Below, in pieces: positions 36,082 through 44,441 of a stretch of 51,684 bases of DNA; the first letter of the stretch is position 1; every line of letters begins with the position of its first letter. The stretch is from assembly GCA_051008735.1 (NCBI GenBank), contig JBPCXH010000146.1, positions 1 to 51,684 of the forward strand, read 5' to 3'. This DNA is from Gammaproteobacteria bacterium. Lineage in GTDB: Bacteria; Pseudomonadota; Gammaproteobacteria; Steroidobacterales; GCA-2729495. The translations under genes and the position numbers were made by a program. Under the pieces are notes generated by a model. That model saw only the letters and a list, made by a program, of their open reading frames with translations. It had not been told where the DNA came from and did not search any database.

Positions 36082-36489
36082 ATGAACTCAACGACCCGGC
36101 TGTTCCTGGGACTGGCCTTCCTGTTGCTGGCCACCGGCACCACACTGGGCGCGACCGGCGCGCACTTTCTGCAGGAGCGCCTGACACCGGATCGCTTTGC
36201 GGTTTATCAACAGGCCGTGGACTTTCAGTTCTTCCAGGCCTTGGGCTTGATCGCCATTGCAGGACTTGCCCACCTGTTGCCGCAATCCAGGCTGGTCAAA
36301 AGTTGCGGCTGGCTCGTGGTGGCTGGCATTGGCCTGTTCTCCGGCAGCATCTACGCAACCACCTTTGGCTTGCTCCCACCGCGTATGGCATTTATCGCCA
36401 TGTTCGGTGGCTTTGCATTTCAGATCGCCTGGCTGACCCTGGCACTGACGGTCTGGTTCGGGACAAGCACGCGGGCGGCAGATCAATAG
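36082..36489 (+). CDS. DUF423 (YgdD-like) membrane protein
   Basis: 135 aa with 4 TM helices. GATGAHFL and LFSGSIY match the YgdD/DUF423 pattern. Confidence 0.8.
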   Translation: MNSTTRLFLGLAFLLLATGTTLGATGAHFLQERLTPDRFAVYQQAVDFQFFQALGLIAIAGLAHLLPQSRLVKSCGWLVVAGIGLFSGSIYATTFGLLPPRMAFIAMFGGFAFQIAWLTLALTVWFGTSTRAADQ

Positions 36490-36663
36490 TCATGATCAGA
36501 ACCACAGCCAAGCGGTCATTGCCCGTCCGATTCAAAGCCCCGACTTTTTGGCCGCTTGCGGGCTGAAGCCCGGGTATTTGCCCGAAAGCTTTTGCAGATC
36601 TTTGCTGATCGCGCGGTCGAAATTCATCGCCGGCCGGCAACTCGAATTCTGCTCCTTAGCTCG

Positions 36664-38724
36664 CTAAACCGACTGGCCGATTCCAGCTTTGGCTTTGGAG
36701 TCAGATGCCCCGACCTGTTCGCGCAGCAATTCAACCAGGGACTCCTGTCCCAGGCCTTCACGCTCTATCAGCCCGACAACACCGCCGTTCAAGCGACGAC
36801 GGTCGTCCTCTGTCACATCCTTGGCTGTCACCACTACGATAGGGACCTGGCGCGTCGTATCCTGCTGGCGCATTTCCAGTACAAAATCAAAGCCGTCCAT
36901 CACGGGCATCATCAGGTCCAGCAAAATCAGCGAAGGCAACTCGCTGGCGACTTCATCCAGGGCAACTTGACCGTTTTCGGCTTCGCTAACACGCCAACCT
37001 TCATTTTCCAGCACGCGCCGCAGCACTTCGCGATTCTCCGGCTTGTCATCAACCACCAGGGCGTGCCCGATATCACCACTCGCGTAACGGCCGAGTAAAC
37101 CAACCAGCTGATCGCGTCGCACAGGCTTGGTCAGAAATTCATTTGCACCCAGGGTGTAACCCAGGTTCCGATCGTTAGTCATGGTCACCATGATGACCGG
37201 TATGTCGCGCGTGGCGGCATCGGCTTTCAATTCACTCAGAACTTCCCAGCCATCCATTCCAGGCATCAGCACATCCAGAGTGATCGCAGCCGGCTTTAAC
37301 TCGCGCGCCAGGGCCAGCGCCTCCTGACCGTCAGTGGCAGTCACCACACGCAGCCCCGCACCCGTAACCGTGCGGTCCAACAGTTCCAGCGCTACCGGGT
37401 CGTCGTCAATCACCAGCACAACCGGACCCTCGCCAGGCTCTTTTACCGCTGCATTAGACGCGTCCGTGACTATCTCTTCTTCCGCCGCTTCAACCACCAT
37501 CACCGGTAGCTGAATCGTGAAGGTTGAGCCTTTTCCGGACTTACTGGAAACAATGATTTCACCGCCCATCATGCGGCAAAAACGTCGACTGATCGGCAGA
37601 CCAAGTCCGGTCCCCCCGTAATTTCGGGTCGTGCTGTCATCTGCCTGGGAAAATTCTTCAAACACGCGGTCAATTTTGTCCGGCGGGATACCGATCCCGG
37701 AATCCGACACGGACATTTCCACCCAGCTCTCGCCATCGATCTGTGTTGCCAGCACTTTCAGGCCTATCTCACCTTCGTGGGTGAATTTCGCCGCATTGCT
37801 GAGCAGATTAAACAGAGCCTGACGGACCTTGGTAACGTCGGCGTGCATTTCGCTGAGGGTGGGATCCACCTGTACGGAGAGCCGGTTGCCATTCTTTTTC
37901 ACTAATGTGTCAATCGTCGACACAACACCGTCAACGAGTTCCCCGACCCCGAAGGTCTCCAGGTACATCTCCATCTTGCCCGCTTCGATCTTTGACAAAT
38001 CGAGCACGTCATTGATCAGTGATAACAAGTGCATCCCGGCACTGTGAATTTTCTTCAGGTCGCCAACAGCCGACTCATTGCCGTCGTCTTCCGCCTCCTC
38101 CATCAACATTTCGCTGTAGCCGATAATTGCGTTCATCGGTGTCCTCAGCTCATGGCTCATATTGGCGAGAAAACCACTCTTGGCCCGATTGGCATCTTCC
38201 GCAGACTCCATCGCCTCCTTTAGCTCTTCGGTGCGCAGGGCAACCGTCTGCTCCAGCGCCGCACTGTGCTGCTCGAGTTCCCGGTTTTTCTGCTGAATCT
38301 CCGTCATCAGCTCTTCACGAGCGAGGGCCTGAATACGCTTGCGTTGCTCGGCAACGAAGGCATCATCTATTTGCAGGCGCGCAGTTGGCAGTCGCTTGGC
38401 CACGCGCACGCCCTGATAACCGTTTTCGGTCTTCTCAGCTGTGGAATCAAAGAATCCCCCCAGCCCGATGAGTTCGGGCATCCTGTCGCGAGCCTCAAAC
38501 ACGAGGATCACTTGCGGCGGAGATTGTTCGACCGACAGCCCCACGGCTATGCGCGGATCCTGGCACTGACCCTGTAGAGCTCGAGCCGCTTCACTCACAG
38601 CAATTGCCAGGCGGGTAACCTCAACACCGCTGTAGCCCAGCGAATGGGCCAGGCTGCGCATTTTGCTACGCGCATCATAGATCGCCGTCTGATGCCCCAG
38701 CCCGATGTAACCCAGCTCAATCAT
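36664..38724 (-). CDS. Hybrid sensor histidine kinase with two receiver domains and an unusual N-terminal domain
   Basis: 686 aa with the H-box [17 protein letters not shown] and HATPase motifs ([23 protein letters not shown]). REC1 has [12 protein letters not shown] and REC2 has [12 protein letters not shown]. No TM segment and no HPt domain. The first ~125 aa resemble a degenerate RsbW-type domain. Confidence 0.9.
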   Translation of the reverse strand: MIELGYIGLGHQTAIYDARSKMRSLAHSLGYSGVEVTRLAIAVSEAARALQGQCQDPRIAVGLSVEQSPPQVILVFEARDRMPELIGLGGFFDSTAEKTENGYQGVRVAKRLPTARLQIDDAFVAEQRKRIQALAREELMTEIQQKNRELEQHSAALEQTVALRTEELKEAMESAEDANRAKSGFLANMSHELRTPMNAIIGYSEMLMEEAEDDGNESAVGDLKKIHSAGMHLLSLINDVLDLSKIEAGKMEMYLETFGVGELVDGVVSTIDTLVKKNGNRLSVQVDPTLSEMHADVTKVRQALFNLLSNAAKFTHEGEIGLKVLATQIDGESWVEMSVSDSGIGIPPDKIDRVFEEFSQADDSTTRNYGGTGLGLPISRRFCRMMGGEIIVSSKSGKGSTFTIQLPVMVVEAAEEEIVTDASNAAVKEPGEGPVVLVIDDDPVALELLDRTVTGAGLRVVTATDGQEALALARELKPAAITLDVLMPGMDGWEVLSELKADAATRDIPVIMVTMTNDRNLGYTLGANEFLTKPVRRDQLVGLLGRYASGDIGHALVVDDKPENREVLRRVLENEGWRVSEAENGQVALDEVASELPSLILLDLMMPVMDGFDFVLEMRQQDTTRQVPIVVVTAKDVTEDDRRRLNGGVVGLIEREGLGQESLVELLREQVGASDSKAKAGIGQSV

Positions 38725-39320
38725 TCGCCGTACCGTATGGCAATGCAGGCGGAATCGTCATGACTTTTGCCGAATCGATCCAGTACCGCCCTTACCACCG
38801 ATTCCGGAGGGTGGCTGCGAACGCTGGGGTAATCCTCAGAGGAGAATCGATCGCTTACCCCATCGGTATAAAGCAGAATCAAATCGCCTGACTGAAGCTT
38901 CAAAGACTGGTGCAGCGGCGTGCGCATGTTCTGGCCAACGATGCCGTCCTTGGACACCAGGCGGGTTTCTGACTCGCCAAAACAGCGAATACTGGTATTG
39001 CCAATGCCAACGTAGTCAATCATGCCCTGCTCTGTGTTGACGGCACACAAACCCACGGCAGCACCCCGCGTACCCTGCAGATGCTTATGCAGACGCGGCA
39101 TGAGCGCAGCCACATCCAAGGTTGCGTGCCGCTCGAGGAATGTATCGATGACGTGCGTCAGCTCATGCGCTTCGGGGCCATGGCCCAGTACGTCAACTAT
39201 CGCAACGAACAGGCCATCATCCAGGGGCCGCACGACGACGGCGTCTCCGCTCACGGTTTCCCCCATGCAGGGCCTGAGCAGGCTGGCATGAGATAGTTTT
39301 CCGTTAGCCTTCATATCCAT
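38721..39320 (-). CDS. PP2C/SpoIIE-type serine phosphatase, RsbX-like (single domain)
   Basis: 199 aa with [11 protein letters not shown]...AIVDVLGHG...LYTDGVSD. It overlaps the HK start by 4 nt. Confidence 0.85.
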   Translation of the reverse strand: MDMKANGKLSHASLLRPCMGETVSGDAVVVRPLDDGLFVAIVDVLGHGPEAHELTHVIDTFLERHATLDVAALMPRLHKHLQGTRGAAVGLCAVNTEQGMIDYVGIGNTSIRCFGESETRLVSKDGIVGQNMRTPLHQSLKLQSGDLILLYTDGVSDRFSSEDYPSVRSHPPESVVRAVLDRFGKSHDDSACIAIRYGE

Positions 39321-39709
39321 TTGCGAGCCGTGACCCGGGTGCCTTCACCGGGCGCGGATTCGAGCGTGAATTCATCCATCATGCGTTTGACGCCCGGTAA
39401 TCCCATTCCCAGAGTGCCGCCCGAGCTGAAATTGTCCTGCATAGCCTGCTCAGTATCGGGAATGCCAGGCCCGTGATCAGACACCTGCATTTCTATACCA
39501 TGGCCGCTGGGCCGCTTCACACGACGCAACAGAAAATCGCCTGAACCAGCGTATTTGAGAATATTGCGCCCGAGCTCGGAAACCGCGGTGGCAATCATTC
39601 GACTCGGCGCCTCATCAAAGCCAGCTTCTTGCGAATAGAGCGTTGACTCAAGAACAACTCGACGCAGATCCATTTCGCTGCGAATTTTTCGGCGTAATTC
39701 GGCGCTCAT
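39311..39709 (-). CDS. RsbT-like serine/threonine kinase (anti-sigma regulatory factor, GHKL fold)
   Basis: 132 aa with AVSELGRNILKYA (N-box), DHGPGI (G1) and GGTLGMGLPGVKR (G2). It overlaps neighbours by 10 and 4 nt. Confidence 0.85.
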   Translation of the reverse strand: MSAELRRKIRSEMDLRRVVLESTLYSQEAGFDEAPSRMIATAVSELGRNILKYAGSGDFLLRRVKRPSGHGIEMQVSDHGPGIPDTEQAMQDNFSSGGTLGMGLPGVKRMMDEFTLESAPGEGTRVTARKWI

Positions 39710-40203
39710 GAATCATCACCGAACAGCCGCTCAGAGCCAGAGACGTTTGCGTCGCCGGCATCGGGCATATCGCCCTGGCTCAGCTCACTCCTGGCTTCAG
39801 TCGGATCCTCATCATCAGCCTCCGCCTCAATATCCGGTGACACTTCTATCAATTCGAAGGCCGCGTCCAGATCGATAGCAGTCTGTAGCCCTGCCACATC
39901 GACATCCATTTCAATCAGTGCCGATACGACACCAGGCTGCAGACCCACCAACACGGACTGGCTACCCATGATCGTGATCATGGAAATAATGCCGCGCAAA
40001 GCCGCGAATTCATCAGAGTCCAGGGTATCGACACCCGACACATCCAGGATAACCGCACGCGAACCCGTCTGATGCACGCGACTGAGCAGGTCCTCCCGAA
40101 ATCGGCTGAGAACCTCATCATCCAGGTCGACCTGAATTGACGCCACGACGACGTCGCGGCTCACCTGCATGGCCACCCGGGGGATGTTGTCGTAAATAGA
40201 CAT
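39706..40203 (-). CDS. RsbS-like STAS domain protein with acidic C-terminal tail
   Basis: 165 aa. The STAS core has ILDVSGVDTLDSDEF, the conserved Ser context of RsbS. The last ~45 residues are strongly acidic. Confidence 0.85.
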   Translation of the reverse strand: MSIYDNIPRVAMQVSRDVVVASIQVDLDDEVLSRFREDLLSRVHQTGSRAVILDVSGVDTLDSDEFAALRGIISMITIMGSQSVLVGLQPGVVSALIEMDVDVAGLQTAIDLDAAFELIEVSPDIEAEADDEDPTEARSELSQGDMPDAGDANVSGSERLFGDDS

Positions 40204-40405
40204 TGCTGGCCAGATTCTACCGGAAACCGCCTCGGCGACTTAGCCGTTCCTGTAGAATTATGGCTAACCGACAAGCCACCCCCTGCTATGGCCCGGAGTC
40301 AGGCGACTGATTGCGCAAGACCCGACCGATCTGGCAGGCTGTCGTAACAAATACAATTACTTGGCTGTGCAGACGGTTGCTGGCCGGAACTTCAGGAAAC
40401 ACACC

Positions 40406-41554
40406 ATGAGCGCAAAAATAGCCCCAAAGAAAAAAATAGTCCCCGGTGACCTGGAGGCAATTTATCAGGCTATCGACCGGGTCCAGGCTGTCATTGAGTT
40501 CTCCCTGGACGGTACCGTCATTACCGCCAATGACAATTTCCTCAATACCTTCGGCTATTCATCTGACGAGATTGTTGGCCAGCATCACCGGATGTTTTGC
40601 GAACCAGACTATGCCGCCTCCTCCGAATACGCTAATTTTTGGAAAAAACTGGGCAGCGGCGAATTTCACACGGCCGAGTTCAAACGACTGGCAAAAAACA
40701 AACGGCCAATCTGGCTGCGGGCGTCCTATAACCCGGTATTTGATAAGACCGGCAAGGTCATCAGGGTCATTAAATTTGCCACCGACGTTTCAGCTGAGAA
40801 ATTAAAAACAGCTGAGTACGAAGGCAAAATGCAGGCCATAGATCGCGTTCAGGCAGTGATTGAATTTGAACTGGATGGCATTGTCATCACAGCCAATGAG
40901 AATTTCCTGCGCATCTTTGGCTATAAGCTTGACGATATCGTTGGCAAACACCATCGCATGTTCTGTGAACCAGGCTATTCCGAATCATCCGAGTACGCGC
41001 AGTTCTGGCAAAAACTGGGGCGGGGTGAATTCGAGTGCGGTGAATTCAAGCGAATCGATAAAGACGGCGGAGAAATCTGGCTGCAAGCGTCTTATAACCC
41101 GATTCTGGATGCAGACGGCAACCCGCTCAAAATCGTCAAATTTGCCTCGGATATCAGCCAGGAGGTAGAGAAACGCAGCCTGGCCCTGCTTGAGATGTCG
41201 ACACCCGTAACCAAAATCTGGGATGGCGTGCTGTTCGCCCCCATTGTGGGGATCGTGGATTCCAAACGTTCCGTCGACATCATGAACAAAGCACTTTCAA
41301 GTATCGCCGATACACGGGCACGTACCTTGTTGCTGGATATCGGCGGCGTTGCCATCGTGGATACCGCTGTCGCGAATCACTTGATCAAAATTGCCAAGGC
41401 TGCCGTGCTCATGGGCTGCAATACCATCATCTCCGGCATTTCGCCGGCCATCGCACAAACTATTGCAGAACTGGGCATCGACCTGGGTGCGATCCAAACG
41501 ACGTCTACCATCGAGTCCGCTCTGCGCGACTCAATCAGCCGACCAGGTGCTTGA
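40406..41554 (+). CDS. RsbR-like sensor: PAS-PAS-STAS protein
   Basis: The ATG at 40406 (MSAKIAPKKK) lies within ORF 40361..41554. Two near-duplicate PAS domains occupy 40466-40798 and 40832-41164. The C-terminal STAS (41192-41530) has LLLDIGGVAIVDTAVANHL. Confidence 0.85.
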   Translation: MSAKIAPKKKIVPGDLEAIYQAIDRVQAVIEFSLDGTVITANDNFLNTFGYSSDEIVGQHHRMFCEPDYAASSEYANFWKKLGSGEFHTAEFKRLAKNKRPIWLRASYNPVFDKTGKVIRVIKFATDVSAEKLKTAEYEGKMQAIDRVQAVIEFELDGIVITANENFLRIFGYKLDDIVGKHHRMFCEPGYSESSEYAQFWQKLGRGEFECGEFKRIDKDGGEIWLQASYNPILDADGNPLKIVKFASDISQEVEKRSLALLEMSTPVTKIWDGVLFAPIVGIVDSKRSVDIMNKALSSIADTRARTLLLDIGGVAIVDTAVANHLIKIAKAAVLMGCNTIISGISPAIAQTIAELGIDLGAIQTTSTIESALRDSISRPGA

Positions 41555-41593
41555 TTGCGAAGTAGCTGAGGGCTACGGGGGAAAGACGCGGCG

Positions 41594-41863
41594 TTAAGTG
41601 CGCACCGGCTTGCGTTCCAGGGTCACTCTAATAGTGCGCCCGCCCAGATTACTGCCGTCCAGCGCCGCCAGGGCAGCACCGTTACTGGCCTCATCCAGAC
41701 TGACGAATCCAACGCCGCGACATGAGCCGGTCATGATGTCTGTAGCAAGGCGCACGGATCGCACCGCGCCATGGGAAGCAAAATGAGCGCGCAAGCCCTG
41801 CACCGTCATCTGGGGTGACAGATTCCGAACCACCAGTTTGGTCGTAGGATGCGACTTGGTCAT
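41594..41863 (-). CDS. RNA-binding protein with a single RRM domain
   Basis: 89 aa with the RNP2-like KLVVRNL and RNP1-like RGVGFVSL motifs. Confidence 0.8.
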   Translation of the reverse strand: MTKSHPTTKLVVRNLSPQMTVQGLRAHFASHGAVRSVRLATDIMTGSCRGVGFVSLDEASNGAALAALDGSNLGGRTIRVTLERKPVRT

Positions 41864-41887
41864 GAACTCAGCAGCACATCAGAAAAC

Positions 41888-42085
41888 TTAGGTGGCCTGG
41901 GGATCAGTTTCATCAGGCGCGGTGGGCTCTGCGGTGGACGGCTCTTCCGTCGGTAAGAGTCCGTTGGCAGCCGCTTCTTTCATCGACTTCCTCAGAGCTT
42001 TCTTTTCCGCCTTGTCTTGGCGCTTTTCCAGTTTGGCGAATTCACGCTGTCGCTTCGCCTGAGTCTGTGGGCTTCGTCTTGCCAT
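41888..42085 (-). CDS. Small Lys/Arg-rich hypothetical protein with acidic Pro/Thr tail
   Basis: 65-aa ORF ending 24 nt upstream of the RRM gene on the same strand. Codon usage looks native. I recognise no family. Confidence 0.45.
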   Translation of the reverse strand: MARRSPQTQAKRQREFAKLEKRQDKAEKKALRKSMKEAAANGLLPTEEPSTAEPTAPDETDPQAT

Positions 42086-42366
42086 GGTGCCGTTATAACC
42101 TCAATCCAATACAGGGTCAGACCCTTAAAACCAAGGCCTGATAAACAAAGTATGCGGGATTTGCGCGTGAATAAGGGGATGGACCGGGCGATCGCCGGGC
42201 ACCCGCAAGTAAATTAGCGGTATCAGCCGGTGAAAAACCACCAGCCTGGCAGGCCAAAGGACCAATTGGGCCCGTCACCTACAGAATTTGCGCGGTTATC
42301 TGACCTCTTCTCCTTCATTCTCAGGGTCGGGCGCAGTCGGCCATCCTCCGTCAACCGGCCAGTCAA

Positions 42367-44364
42367 TCAGTCTTTCAACCGGGCTACAACAATGGTCTGA
42401 TCACCGGCATCACCTTTGGTGTAGATCTCCAGATCACGACGCAAACATTTAATCACGTCAACGGGGTGAGTCTCGCCCAACTGTTCCATAGTCCACGCCA
42501 CGCCCTTGCTACCGTATTGGCTACGCTCCACATTAAGCGCATCCAGCACACCGTCGGAAACCAGAACCACTAAATCGCCGGCCGCCAGCGTCAGTTCAAC
42601 CATTGAATCTGCAGCCACGTTCGCCTCCGTGCCGATGGGGCCAGCCAGGGCCGGGATTACCTGGACCTCAGCACCCCGGCGACACAGCAAGCCTTCCTGC
42701 CCCAGGCCCAGTGCCTGCAGGCGGCAAGCATCGCGATTGATCCTGATCAGCCAGCCTCGCACCGGTGCCGCTTCGGGTAGATCGGTGACAACAAACCGAT
42801 GCAGCTGAGCCGCAACGTCTGGGAGAGATGCCCCGTCGCCAAGGGCGGTCCGGAATGCCGCCCTCAGCTGGCTGCCCTGAACAGCGGCGCCGACGCCAAG
42901 GCCGGGTAAATCAAAATGCGCCAGGGCAATCCCGTCAGCCAGGGGCACAAGGTCATAAATCTCACCGCCGACATCGGCGGAAGGCTCGTACCAGGCCTGC
43001 ACCTCCAGCCCTGGATGCGAAGGCAGTTCAGTGGGCAGCGTCATGGCCCGGACGGATCGAGCAATGCGCAGATCTTCTCGCTCAGATAAAAACGACTGCA
43101 GAGCCTGGCGCATTCGCTCCAGCGTATTACCCAGGTAGCGGATTTCAGAGATGTCTGAATCCACGCGATCCATGGGCTCAAAATTCAGCCGCTGCATGCG
43201 ATTGCCGTGATCGATTAACTCCAGCAATGGGGTCGCATAGCGATTAGCCAGATAAAAAGCTCGCCAGACAGCAAGAATCAGGATGATGGCCGTAACGATC
43301 ATGACAATGAGATTGGTATCGGGCAGACCGGCCAGCAACTCCGACTCCGGCACCAGGGAACCCACCCACAGATCATCGGTGCTACGCAGCTTGGAACGGG
43401 CAATCGCGCCCCACCAGCGCTCGCCCTCATGCTCAAAGGGCTGGGCATCAGTCAGCGCCATGCCTGTTGCATTCAGGGCCTGCTCGGCAAAACTGGCCAT
43501 GGGGCCGCCCAGCGCACCGGGATGCAGCAACATAAACTCGGTCATTATTTCAGACGTTTCGAAACGCTGATCAGCGGGCAAGCCGACTACCATCAGCCCC
43601 TCCGGGTCAGACGGTTTACCGCGCAGCACAAAAACCTTACCTCGCTTGCCGACCTCCAGTTGCGAAGTGAATTTGCTGATATCGGCCAGGAGAATATCGA
43701 AACCCAAAATGGCCACGCCACCTGTCGCCACGCGCGTGGCCAGGCTGGCGGTGAGACCCGGCTGCTGGAGGGTGAAAAATTCATACGGGGCCGTCCAGTA
43801 AATACGCTCGCGAAACCCCGCCTCGTCACTCAGAGTATTCAATCGAGCCAGGGCACCGGCATGCCATGGCCGCGTTCTTGCATCGAAACCCAGGGCCTGT
43901 CTTTGCATGGGTTTTTCCGACGCGCCAGGCGCCCATTGCCGCACTTGTGCCCACTCACCCCAGCTATCAGGCCGGGACAGCCGACTGCGCCAGACCCCGT
44001 CGATCTTGATCAACCAGTAACCGTCCCCGGCCTCGGTGGCGTAACTCAAGGACGATAATTGCGGTATACGATCCACCAGGGGCTGGAAATAACGATCCAG
44101 GCCGTCGAGGGGAAACGACTCAAAGTCACCCTCCGCAATGCGGGCGGCGGCAACTTCAAGCGCCGTCTGGACAGGCTCGAAAAAACCCAGTAGCTGCGCG
44201 TCAGTTGTCGCGATTACTCGCTTGGTGAGGGAGCCGGACAGCACCTGAACCGCCCGGTCGGTGACCAGCAGAGATACGGCCAGCAGGCAAAGCCCCAGCA
44301 GCAGGACAATGCCGGTCAGGTTGAGCAGCAGATTGCTCTTGAATCGAACGGACTTCCGGGCCAT
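42367..44364 (-). CDS. Membrane sensor PP2C phosphatase (periplasmic Cache-like domain, HAMP-like linker, SpoIIE domain)
   Basis: The ATG at 44364 (MARKSVRFKSNLLLNLTGIVLLLGLCLLAV) is followed by TM1, a ~300-aa periplasmic region, TM2 (LIVMIVTAIILILAVW), a linker and a SpoIIE domain (VGGEIYD...LVSDGVLD). The 123-codon upstream extension in the ORF track overlaps the divergent lipase gene. Confidence 0.85.
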   Translation of the reverse strand: MARKSVRFKSNLLLNLTGIVLLLGLCLLAVSLLVTDRAVQVLSGSLTKRVIATTDAQLLGFFEPVQTALEVAAARIAEGDFESFPLDGLDRYFQPLVDRIPQLSSLSYATEAGDGYWLIKIDGVWRSRLSRPDSWGEWAQVRQWAPGASEKPMQRQALGFDARTRPWHAGALARLNTLSDEAGFRERIYWTAPYEFFTLQQPGLTASLATRVATGGVAILGFDILLADISKFTSQLEVGKRGKVFVLRGKPSDPEGLMVVGLPADQRFETSEIMTEFMLLHPGALGGPMASFAEQALNATGMALTDAQPFEHEGERWWGAIARSKLRSTDDLWVGSLVPESELLAGLPDTNLIVMIVTAIILILAVWRAFYLANRYATPLLELIDHGNRMQRLNFEPMDRVDSDISEIRYLGNTLERMRQALQSFLSEREDLRIARSVRAMTLPTELPSHPGLEVQAWYEPSADVGGEIYDLVPLADGIALAHFDLPGLGVGAAVQGSQLRAAFRTALGDGASLPDVAAQLHRFVVTDLPEAAPVRGWLIRINRDACRLQALGLGQEGLLCRRGAEVQVIPALAGPIGTEANVAADSMVELTLAAGDLVVLVSDGVLDALNVERSQYGSKGVAWTMEQLGETHPVDVIKCLRRDLEIYTKGDAGDQTIVVARLKD

Positions 44365-44441
44365 GAATTCTCGCCATCTGAAACACACCCCGACACCAGG
44401 CCGAGAGTCGCTAATATAGTCCAACGCCAAGGAGGTTTTAT

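Noticed and set aside
40240-40267. TTAGCC-N16-GGCTAA inverted repeat, and a TAGAAT hexamer, in the divergent promoter region of the stressosome locus as an operator/promoter.
   Set aside because: 6-bp arms are expected by chance in a 200-bp region, and no matching -35 element sits at proper spacing. This is too weak to call.
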